Assembly: GCA_026394555.1 (NCBI GenBank)
Contig: JAPKXZ010000052.1
Span: forward strand, 101,376 to 165,375
DNA: 64,000 bases
DNA from: Methanothrix sp.
Lineage (GTDB): Archaea; Halobacteriota; Methanosarcinia; Methanotrichales; Methanotrichaceae
Direction: 5' to 3'
Both the position numbers and the translations under genes were made by a program. Every line of letters starts with the position of its first letter. Positions within the stretch are counted from its first letter, which is position 1. Shown one piece after another: positions 22,255 to 29,426 of this stretch. The notes beneath the pieces were generated by a model, which did not search any database, had not been told where the DNA came from, and worked only from the letters and a program-made list of their open reading frames with translations.

Positions 22255-22470
22255 GTTCGTGCTACCGGTGCCTGCAGACAGAAGGACGCACGCGCAGGGG
22301 CTTGCGAGCGTGGGGGGTGCGTGCCCGCGCGGGTACGGGCGTGCGTGCACGGGAACACCGCCAATTTGCCAAAATTGATGCAACAGTAGTATTATAAAAT
22401 ATCATCCACCCATATTTTCTCTCCCGCCCCTCCGGAAAACTTAATCTCATCGCACGCCCCCATTCCTCTC

Positions 22471-23631
22471 GTGAAGTGCGATGTTCTGGTAGTGGGCGCT
22501 TCGCCCGCCGGCCTGATGGCTGCAATCTCTGCCGCAAAAGGCGGAGCCGGGGTAATATTATTGGACAGGGATCTGGCCGGCCTGGATCACGCCGCCAATA
22601 CCCTCTTTGAGGGAATGGCCGCTACATCAGGCATCAAGGTAGAGGACTGCTACCTGAAAAAAGAGCTGGAAGGCATGCGCATTCTCTCCCCTTCCGGCCA
22701 GGGCGCAAGCATTCCGGCTAAAGGCTATTTCATTGACAGAAAGAAGTTCGATGAACACTACCAACGCCTCGCGCAAAGCAACGGAGTGAGCCTCCTGGCC
22801 GACGTTGCCAAGAAATCCCGGCTGGATGGTAGTCGCAGAACTGTATTCTTAAATGAGGGCGAGATCGAGGCCAAGGTGGTGGTGGACGCCTCAGGAGTTA
22901 TTTCCCACCTGGCTCGCGGAGCAGGCCTGGTGCCCATGCGCCATGCCGAGGACATTGCCTGGGCCATGGAAGCCGATGTCGAGCATCCCGATCTGGGCGA
23001 GGAGATGTTCTTCTTGTACTGGATCGGCAGCATGGCACCCGGCTGGAAGGCCACCTTCTCACCTGCTGGTGGCGATCACGCCACTCTGGGCGTCTTCGTG
23101 CGCGGCCACGGCCAAAATGTGCAGCCATTTTTCCGGGATTTCCTGAAGCGGTTTAAGGCCTACAAAGCCACGCAGTACAGGGATATTGAGGATATGAAGA
23201 TTCATGCTGTGCGACGGGGGGGCGACCCCATCTGCGTTCTGCCCGGCGAGATGGCTGCCAATTCCCTGATGGTCACGGGAGGAGCCGCAGGCCAGAGCGG
23301 TCTTGCCTACAGCATGCGCGCCGGCACCATCTGCGGCAGCGTGGCTGCCGAGGCTGTGGCTAGGGGAGATGTTTCTCGGGAAGGTCTTTCTCAATATGAA
23401 AAGCTCTGGAATAGGGAATTCTACTGGCAGTACCGCATGGGCCGGGCATCTTTGCAGACGCTGGCCATGATGAAGGATGAGGAGATCGACAGACTGGTGC
23501 GCGGCCTGTCCGGAAAAAGGCTCATCTCAGGCGGCTCATTTGTCAAGAAAGCTGGCTATGCCGCTGCTACCGTCCTGCTCTCCCGGCCCAGGACTGTTCT
23601 CGATCTGGCGTCGAATTTGATGCGAGGCTAA
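22471..23631 (+). CDS. FAD-dependent oxidoreductase, geranylgeranyl reductase family
   Basis: GTG start. Dinucleotide-binding N-terminus CDVLVVGASPAGLMAAISAAKGGAGVILLDR. The length and layout match archaeal (di)geranylgeranyl reductases. Confidence 0.7.
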   Translation: MKCDVLVVGASPAGLMAAISAAKGGAGVILLDRDLAGLDHAANTLFEGMAATSGIKVEDCYLKKELEGMRILSPSGQGASIPAKGYFIDRKKFDEHYQRLAQSNGVSLLADVAKKSRLDGSRRTVFLNEGEIEAKVVVDASGVISHLARGAGLVPMRHAEDIAWAMEADVEHPDLGEEMFFLYWIGSMAPGWKATFSPAGGDHATLGVFVRGHGQNVQPFFRDFLKRFKAYKATQYRDIEDMKIHAVRRGGDPICVLPGEMAANSLMVTGGAAGQSGLAYSMRAGTICGSVAAEAVARGDVSREGLSQYEKLWNREFYWQYRMGRASLQTLAMMKDEEIDRLVRGLSGKRLISGGSFVKKAGYAAATVLLSRPRTVLDLASNLMRG

Positions 23632-23642
23632 ATTCGGGTACA

Positions 23643-23754
23643 TTTTTCGTTTCTTTGTGTCTTTGTGCCTTTGTGGTTGAGTTTTTTTTGAAAGGATGGA
23701 GATAAAATACCTACGAATACGCTCACCACAAAGACACAAAGGCACAAAGACGAT
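23643..23754. repeat. 8-nt-periodic hairpin element, locus A (CTTTGTG / CACAAAG units)
   Basis: The left arm at 23648-23677 is cgtttctttgtgtctttgtgcctttgtggt. The right arm at 23725-23752 is accacaaagacacaaaggcacaaagacg. 24 of 26 stem positions are complementary and the loop is 47 nt. Confidence 0.85.
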
Positions 23755-23859
23755 ATATTTTCATCCTAAATGCGCGTTTATCAGGGATCGATCTGATTTC
23801 ATTTCACTAATTTGTGCGGCGGGAAAAGTCCATTTATCTGAAAGGAGAAACGACCCCTC

Positions 23860-24384
23860 ATGATTGAACTGTCCAGCGACCCTTATGTTTTGAAGCCCAG
23901 GAACACGCCTATGACGGAAGCGGACTTTCGGCTTCATCTTAACATAAGCTGGTGTCGCGGCGTCCTCTTCAATGTGGTGGCTCTAAAAAACGCCATCGCT
24001 GTGGTGGAGTACGACGCCCTGCTCTGGTCCGATGATTCCATCATGTTTGTGGAGTACAAGGATTCCGTTGCCGCCTACAAAGACCTCTCTTCTCGAAGGG
24101 TGCAGCAGATGAACAGCTTCGCCAAAAACATTGCCCGGGGTCTGGGCTACAAGAATTTCGCCTTCATAGTAGTAGTAAAAGGGCTGGAGGAGGGTACAAA
24201 CAAAGGCGGTGTGGAGGTCTTGCCGCTTGTTGAATTGGGCTGCTATCAGCCCATCTTCATCTCATCCATCACTGAACTAGAATATCTGAATAAGATGATT
24301 GCAAAATATACTCGCGAGGGTAAAGATGAGTTTGCGAAAGAGCTGGATAAGCTCAAGAAGATCTTTGAGATGGAGCAATCATGA
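23860..24384 (+). CDS. hypothetical protein, possible PD-(D/E)XK-like fold, translationally coupled to shikimate kinase
   Basis: 174-aa ORF whose TGA overlaps the aroK ATG (ATGA at 24381-24384). The motif string E..YDALLWSDDSIMFVEYKD is compatible with D...ExK nuclease-fold geometry. This is speculative. Confidence 0.55.
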   Translation: MIELSSDPYVLKPRNTPMTEADFRLHLNISWCRGVLFNVVALKNAIAVVEYDALLWSDDSIMFVEYKDSVAAYKDLSSRRVQQMNSFAKNIARGLGYKNFAFIVVVKGLEEGTNKGGVEVLPLVELGCYQPIFISSITELEYLNKMIAKYTREGKDEFAKELDKLKKIFEMEQS

Positions 24385-25229
24385 AAGGATATGCCTGGGC
24401 CAACGGTGCTGCCACAGTTCTCAATGCCGTGGCCACCTGGAAAGGGGCGGCATTTGGAATCGAGCTTAAAACCCATGCCGAAGTAGAGCTGAACCATTCC
24501 GGCGATATTTTGGGAAACGTTCCCGGCGTGGACACTCGCCTCATCGAGACCTGTGTGCGCATGGTGCAGGAGCGACTGGGCTATACTTACGGCGCGATAG
24601 TGCGAACTTGCAGCGAGATTCCTGTGGCCGGAGGTCTCAAGAGCAGCAGTACCGCGGCCAACGCTACCGTTCTGGCAACCCTGGATGCTTTGCAGGAAGA
24701 GATGGACCTGATAGAGGCGGCCAAGATCGGCGTGGCTGCCGCCCGGGAAGTGGGGGTGACCATTACCGGGGCTCTGGACGACGCTCTGGCTTCAATGCTG
24801 GGAGGAGTTGTGGTTACCGACAACAGAGGCATGCTTCTCCTTAAAAGGGAGGAGTTCTCTGGCATGGTCATGCTCCTGGTTCCCGAGCGAAAGCTCTTCT
24901 CCATTGATACCGATATTTCCCGTTCCCGGCTCATTGCGCCCATGGCGGATGTGATCTTTGAACTGGCCATGCGCGGCGATTACGGCAGGGCCATGACCCT
25001 GAACGGCCTGGCCTACTGCGCGGCCTTAGGCCTGCCCACAGAGCCCATGCTCCTGGCACTGGAGGCGGGAGCGAAAGGAGTGAGCCTTTCGGGGACAGGA
25101 CCCTCTTATGCGGCCATAATTGATGAAGATAAGATGGACGCCCTTGAAGCTGCCTGGAGACCTCTGGGCGGAAGAGTGATAAGAACGAAAGCGAATAATA
25201 AGTGCGCATCTAAGGGCCGGGGAATTTGA
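24381..25229 (+). CDS. aroK: shikimate kinase, archaeal GHMP-kinase type
   Basis: GHMP motif PVAGGLKSSSTAANA, about 280 aa, in an overlapping operon with chorismate mutase. Confidence 0.85.
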   Translation: MKGYAWANGAATVLNAVATWKGAAFGIELKTHAEVELNHSGDILGNVPGVDTRLIETCVRMVQERLGYTYGAIVRTCSEIPVAGGLKSSSTAANATVLATLDALQEEMDLIEAAKIGVAAAREVGVTITGALDDALASMLGGVVVTDNRGMLLLKREEFSGMVMLLVPERKLFSIDTDISRSRLIAPMADVIFELAMRGDYGRAMTLNGLAYCAALGLPTEPMLLALEAGAKGVSLSGTGPSYAAIIDEDKMDALEAAWRPLGGRVIRTKANNKCASKGRGI

Positions 25230-25510
25230 TGGGGCTACAAGAGCATCGCAGCGAAATTGAGCAGATCGACGAGCAGATCATAAGGCTCATTTATCAGCGC
25301 ATAGGCATCTCTAAAAAGATCTTTGAGGCCAAAAGAGCGGAAGGAAAGCCGATCAGCGATCCAGAGCGCGAAAGAAGGGTTTTGTCTCAGGCCATGGACC
25401 TGGCCACGGAGTTGAACCTGGACACGGGTGCTGTCAAGAGCATCTTCGAGACCCTGATTATGATGAGCGTGAATAAGCAACATGAATTGCAGGGCCGAAA
25501 TCAAGGATAA
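25226..25510 (+). CDS. chorismate mutase (AroQ class)
   Basis: 94-aa all-helical protein. [31 protein letters not shown]...[11 protein letters not shown] is typical of AroQ. 4-nt overlap with aroK. Confidence 0.85.
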   Translation: MMGLQEHRSEIEQIDEQIIRLIYQRIGISKKIFEAKRAEGKPISDPERERRVLSQAMDLATELNLDTGAVKSIFETLIMMSVNKQHELQGRNQG

Positions 25511-25514
25511 GATT

Positions 25515-25904
25515 ATGGTTGATATTGCAGTAATTTCCGGATCCAGGTCGGATCAGGCAATTGTGGACAAGGTCGCCAGCAAACTGGAAGAGAAGGGAGC
25601 GTCATTTGAGCATAAAGTTCTCTCCGCACATCGCAATCCAGAGGAGCTGGAAGACTACATCTCAAAGACGGATGCTCGCGTTTTTATCGGCATTGCCGGC
25701 CTTTCCGCGGCGCTGCCCGGCGTTATAGCCTCAAAAACGACGCGCCCCGTCATTGGAGTGCCGGTAAGTGCAAAACTGGGCGGCCTGGATGCACTTTTAT
25801 CAATTGTTCAAATGCCGCCTGGAGTTCCTGTGGCTTGCGTCGGCATCGATAATGGAGAAAATGCGGCGCTATTGGCCCTTAGAATTCTTGAATCAGGAAG
25901 ATAG
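25515..25904 (+). CDS. purE: N5-carboxyaminoimidazole ribonucleotide mutase / AIR carboxylase (PurE family)
   Basis: Start taken at [13 protein letters not shown]. Motifs [36 protein letters not shown] and [14 protein letters not shown]. Confidence 0.85.
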   Translation: MVDIAVISGSRSDQAIVDKVASKLEEKGASFEHKVLSAHRNPEELEDYISKTDARVFIGIAGLSAALPGVIASKTTRPVIGVPVSAKLGGLDALLSIVQMPPGVPVACVGIDNGENAALLALRILESGR

Positions 25905-25951
25905 CTATTTATACAATGTCAGTGAGTTAAACGCAACAAAGGTGGGATAGG

Positions 25952-26383
25952 ATGTACAAGCGGATATTGATTGCCACAGATGGCTCAGACAAATCTATGA
26001 AAGCCGCTGAGGAGGGCATGGAGCTCGCTAAGGGACTCGGCGCACAGGTCATAGCACTCAACGTAGTAAACGAGGTCGTTATTGCCAGCGCAGTTAGACA
26101 GCTTGGGGCCGACAGAAAGGAAGTAGAGGCCAAGCTGGAGAAAGCGGGCGGAAAAGCGGTTGACGATCTCAAGGCCATGGGTGCCAAGATCGGCGTTGCT
26201 GTAGACACAATCGTCAGAATTGGAGCTCCTGCAAATACGGTTATAGATACGGCCGGAGCTGAGAAGGCAGATCTGATTGTCATGGGAAGCCATGGCGAGT
26301 CCGGTGCCTCCAAGCTGTTGATTGGCAGCGTAGTGCAGAAGGTTCTCTACTGGGCAACGATCCCAGTGCTGGTAGTGAGATGA
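25952..26383 (+). CDS. universal stress protein (UspA family)
   Basis: ILIATDGSDKS... and ADLIVMGSHGESGASKLLIGSVVQKVL. Confidence 0.9.
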   Translation: MYKRILIATDGSDKSMKAAEEGMELAKGLGAQVIALNVVNEVVIASAVRQLGADRKEVEAKLEKAGGKAVDDLKAMGAKIGVAVDTIVRIGAPANTVIDTAGAEKADLIVMGSHGESGASKLLIGSVVQKVLYWATIPVLVVR

Positions 26384-26387
26384 TTAT

Positions 26388-26498
26388 ATGGAAGCTATTG
26401 TATTAGCTGGATCCCTGATCTACACCTCGTTCGCAGTCGTGTTCGTAGTAGGTGTGCTCCTGGGTTTCTTTGTGATTAGCCTCATCGGTTCAAGCTGA
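26388..26498 (+). CDS. possible 36-aa hydrophobic micro-protein
   Basis: Not in the ORF track (under 60 aa). MEAIVLAGSLIYTSFAVVFVVGVLLGFFVISLIGSS forms a single TM helix. It lies 4 nt after the usp stop and is followed by a stem-loop and a T-rich tract. Confidence 0.3.
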   Translation: MEAIVLAGSLIYTSFAVVFVVGVLLGFFVISLIGSS

Positions 26499-26570
26499 AT
26501 TCTGTTTCAAGAGGTGGGCCGAAGATTTCCGGCCAAGCCTCTTATATTTTGATTTTTATATAGTTAATTT

Positions 26571-26700
26571 CGAGTCTTCGCGACCTTCTGCGTCTCTGCG
26601 GTTAATACTCGTAGCGGAATAATCAAACCAGGGGGTTAACGAAATTATACCGCAGAGTCGCAGAGCACGAGGGAGGACGAACGAACGGAGACGACGATTA
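26571..26700. repeat. 8-nt-periodic hairpin element, locus B (CTCTGCG / CGCAGAG units)
   Basis: ...ctgcgtctctgcggttaat-[core aataatcaaaccagggggttaacgaaattata]-ccgcagagtcgcagagcacgagggaggacgaacgaacggagacgacga. Near-identical to locus D. Confidence 0.85.
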
Positions 26701-26756
26701 ACCTGGATAGCGCAACTAAAAAAAAAATTGAAAATTATATTATAAATAAATTACTT

Positions 26757-27803
26757 TTAAAAGTATCTCCCCGCCGTCTCCAGGCACCTGGCCATCAGCT
26801 CTGCCGCTTTGTCGATATCGCTGATGCACAGCACCTCCACCGGCGAGTGGATGTAGCGCGTGGCCACGCTGATAACGCCCGTAGGAATACCGGACTTGGT
26901 GAGGTAGATGGCTGTGGCATCTGTGGTGCCCCCGTCCGAGGCCTCCAGTTGTATGGGAATCTCAAACTCCCGGGCCGTGCCCGCCAGCCACTCGATGACC
27001 TGAGGAGTAGCGATGATGCCCCGCCCCGAGGCATCGGCCACCACGACTACCGGTCCCTTGCCCATCTCGATGGGGGCGTCCTTCATCTCGATGCCGGGAT
27101 GGTCTCCCGGAATGGTCACATCGGCAGCTATGGCGAGATCTGGGTCCAGGCCAAATGCCGCTACGCGAGCTCCCTTCAGGCCCACCTCCTCCTGCACCGT
27201 GGCCACTGCATAAATTGTGGACTTGGATTTGGTTCTCTTCAGGGCCTCAATCATGATGATAAGTCCGGCACGGTTGTCGAATGCCTTGCCGGTGACTCTG
27301 TCGCCCTGCAAAGAGGCAAAAGTCCGGTCTATGGATACGGGCGTGCCGGGCAGGATGCCAAGATCCTCCACCTCCTTTTGGCTGATGCAGCCGATGTCGA
27401 TGAACATATCTTTGGCCTCGATCACCTTCTTTCGGTCCTCATCCTTCATGACATGGGGGGGCTTGCAGCCGATGACGCCGGTGATGGATCCGGATCTGGT
27501 ATGGATGATGACCCTCTGGTTGAGGAGGGTCTGGTCAAACCAGCCGCCGATGCGAATAAAACGAAGGAATCCCTTCTCGTCCACATGTTTTACCATGAGG
27601 CCGATCTCGTCGGCATGGGCCTCGATCATGATGGAGGGTGCCACTCCCTTCTTGGTGGCGATAAGATTTCCCAATTTGTCCAAACGAACCTCATCCACGT
27701 AAGGCGCAATCTCCTCTTTTACTATCTGCTGGATGGATCCTTCCCAGCCCGATATGCCGTGTGCATTGCTCAGTTTTTCCAATAAAGATTTGATATCGCT
27801 CAT
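26757..27803 (-). CDS. M42-family aminopeptidase (TET/FrvX-like)
   Basis: 348 aa. N-terminus LLEKLSNAHGISGWE, plus EAHADEIG, FDNRAG and QEEVGLKGA. Confidence 0.9.
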   Translation of the reverse strand: MSDIKSLLEKLSNAHGISGWEGSIQQIVKEEIAPYVDEVRLDKLGNLIATKKGVAPSIMIEAHADEIGLMVKHVDEKGFLRFIRIGGWFDQTLLNQRVIIHTRSGSITGVIGCKPPHVMKDEDRKKVIEAKDMFIDIGCISQKEVEDLGILPGTPVSIDRTFASLQGDRVTGKAFDNRAGLIIMIEALKRTKSKSTIYAVATVQEEVGLKGARVAAFGLDPDLAIAADVTIPGDHPGIEMKDAPIEMGKGPVVVVADASGRGIIATPQVIEWLAGTAREFEIPIQLEASDGGTTDATAIYLTKSGIPTGVISVATRYIHSPVEVLCISDIDKAAELMARCLETAGRYF

Positions 27804-27833
27804 TAAATCATCTCTCCATGTAATTTTGAATAG

Positions 27834-29369
27834 CTAGCCCATCCTTACTCTTGCACCCTCATTTCTGGCGCGAGTGATGAGAACTTCTCCACCCACATCC
27901 CTCATGGCTTCGCGTGCAGCGGCCTCGATATCCCGCCCTCCGGTATCCGTTATGGCGTACACGGCCGGCCCAAAGGAGGACAGGCCCGCGCAGGCAGCTC
28001 CTGCTTCTCTCATGGCGGCCATCAGCTGGTGAACAACGGGATGCTGCAGCATTACTTCAATCTTCTTGAAGCCGATCTCCTGCACTCTGTTAACTGCCGC
28101 TGCGAAATCATCCAGGTTCTCTTCCACTAAAGAAGGCACCATGCGCACCAGGATCTGGTAGCATAGCTCATGCACCTCGGCGATTGGCAAGGGGCAGTAA
28201 TCCCGGAATATGTCAACTTCCTTCTTTCCATGAGCGCCCGCAGCGACCTCGGGCAGAGCCAGGATGATCTTCCAGTCACGGGGAAAGTCATGGCGCATAG
28301 TTACCGCCGCCGGTCGCACGCCGCCGCAGGCAGCCGAGGGAGAAAAACTCATTTTGTCTTTTCCCGGTCCATAGCTATGCCCACCGTCTATTAAGAAGCC
28401 GCCCGTCTCAAAGGCAGCCGTGCCGATGCCGCTGGTTCCACCTCGCATAATGATGCGGGCGATCTCGCGCACAGAGATCTGCCGGTCATAGAGCTCACAA
28501 AGTGCCTTTCCTGCGGCAATGCCTAGCTGCGTTCCCCCGCCCAGGCCCACATGCATCTTGTATCCGCTCCTGATGCAGAGGCGCGCCCCGCCCAGATTCA
28601 GGTGCTTTTGCACCGCATGGGCCGCAGCCAGAGCGCGATCTGCATTCTCTCCCACTGCCACCAGGTCCTCGCATCTCTCCGCCTCCAGCAATATGTTCGG
28701 CTCATCTAAAGAGACGCCCACCCCGCCGTCGACGCGACCGATGCTGCCCGTTAAATCGGTCAGGGTCAGATGCAATCGGGAAGGCGTCTGGATCACAACC
28801 CGTCGCTCATCTCGGAAGCTGTTGTAGGGAAATGCCTCCTTGATGGCGATGAGCGGCTGGCCATGGCGAATTATCTTATAGCATCTCGTGAGCATAATCT
28901 CGCGAGCAAAGACGCCAAAGGCCCGGCAATGCTCCTGTCCGGCCGGCAAAAATGCGGTGCTTGTTATATCTCGCCGCGATTCGATGCGGTGTTTTTTCAG
29001 GATAACTCCTATGGGAATATCGGCCTTTGTAAGGTCATCTTTAAAGCTGGCATCGAGCCTCTTTAGGGGCGTATGCGAGACGGCATAGACCAGAGCCTCC
29101 TGGCTGTTTGCATTCTTCAAGAGCACTACCCTGAAATTGACCTCCTCTCCCGGGTTTACTTGAAGCTCTCTTGCCACGGCCTCATCTGCCGGCACGACCT
29201 TTTGTACCAGTGTCTCGATCTCAACTGGGCCCCCAGTGACCACTTCCAGCAGGCTGGTTACGGATCCATCTGTCCCCAGCAGCATCTTTTGCACGGGACT
29301 GAGCCTTCCCACAATGCTTTCCAGCTCTAGAATATCTCTCGCAATGGGAAAAGAAGAAGATTGGACCAT
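27834..29369 (-). CDS. mptG: fusion protein: chorismate-lyase-like (DUF98) domain + beta-ribofuranosylaminobenzene 5'-phosphate synthase (GHMP fold)
   Basis: Start placed at MVQSSSF (29369). The longer 701-aa ORF would overlap hmgA. The N-terminal roughly 185 aa read LSPVQKMLLGTDGSVTSLLE...RCYKIIRHGQPLIAIKEAFP (DUF98 pattern). The C-terminal part reads VVIQTPSRLHLTLTDLTGSIGRVDGGVGVSLDEP...HVGLGGGTQLG...GGTSGIGT (RFAP synthase pattern). Confidence 0.8.
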   Translation of the reverse strand: MVQSSSFPIARDILELESIVGRLSPVQKMLLGTDGSVTSLLEVVTGGPVEIETLVQKVVPADEAVARELQVNPGEEVNFRVVLLKNANSQEALVYAVSHTPLKRLDASFKDDLTKADIPIGVILKKHRIESRRDITSTAFLPAGQEHCRAFGVFAREIMLTRCYKIIRHGQPLIAIKEAFPYNSFRDERRVVIQTPSRLHLTLTDLTGSIGRVDGGVGVSLDEPNILLEAERCEDLVAVGENADRALAAAHAVQKHLNLGGARLCIRSGYKMHVGLGGGTQLGIAAGKALCELYDRQISVREIARIIMRGGTSGIGTAAFETGGFLIDGGHSYGPGKDKMSFSPSAACGGVRPAAVTMRHDFPRDWKIILALPEVAAGAHGKKEVDIFRDYCPLPIAEVHELCYQILVRMVPSLVEENLDDFAAAVNRVQEIGFKKIEVMLQHPVVHQLMAAMREAGAACAGLSSFGPAVYAITDTGGRDIEAAAREAMRDVGGEVLITRARNEGARVRMG

Positions 29370-29426
29370 AAAAATAAATCCATCGGCTGGAATAAAGTTT
29401 TTCCCCTGCCAAAGGAACTGAGATCT

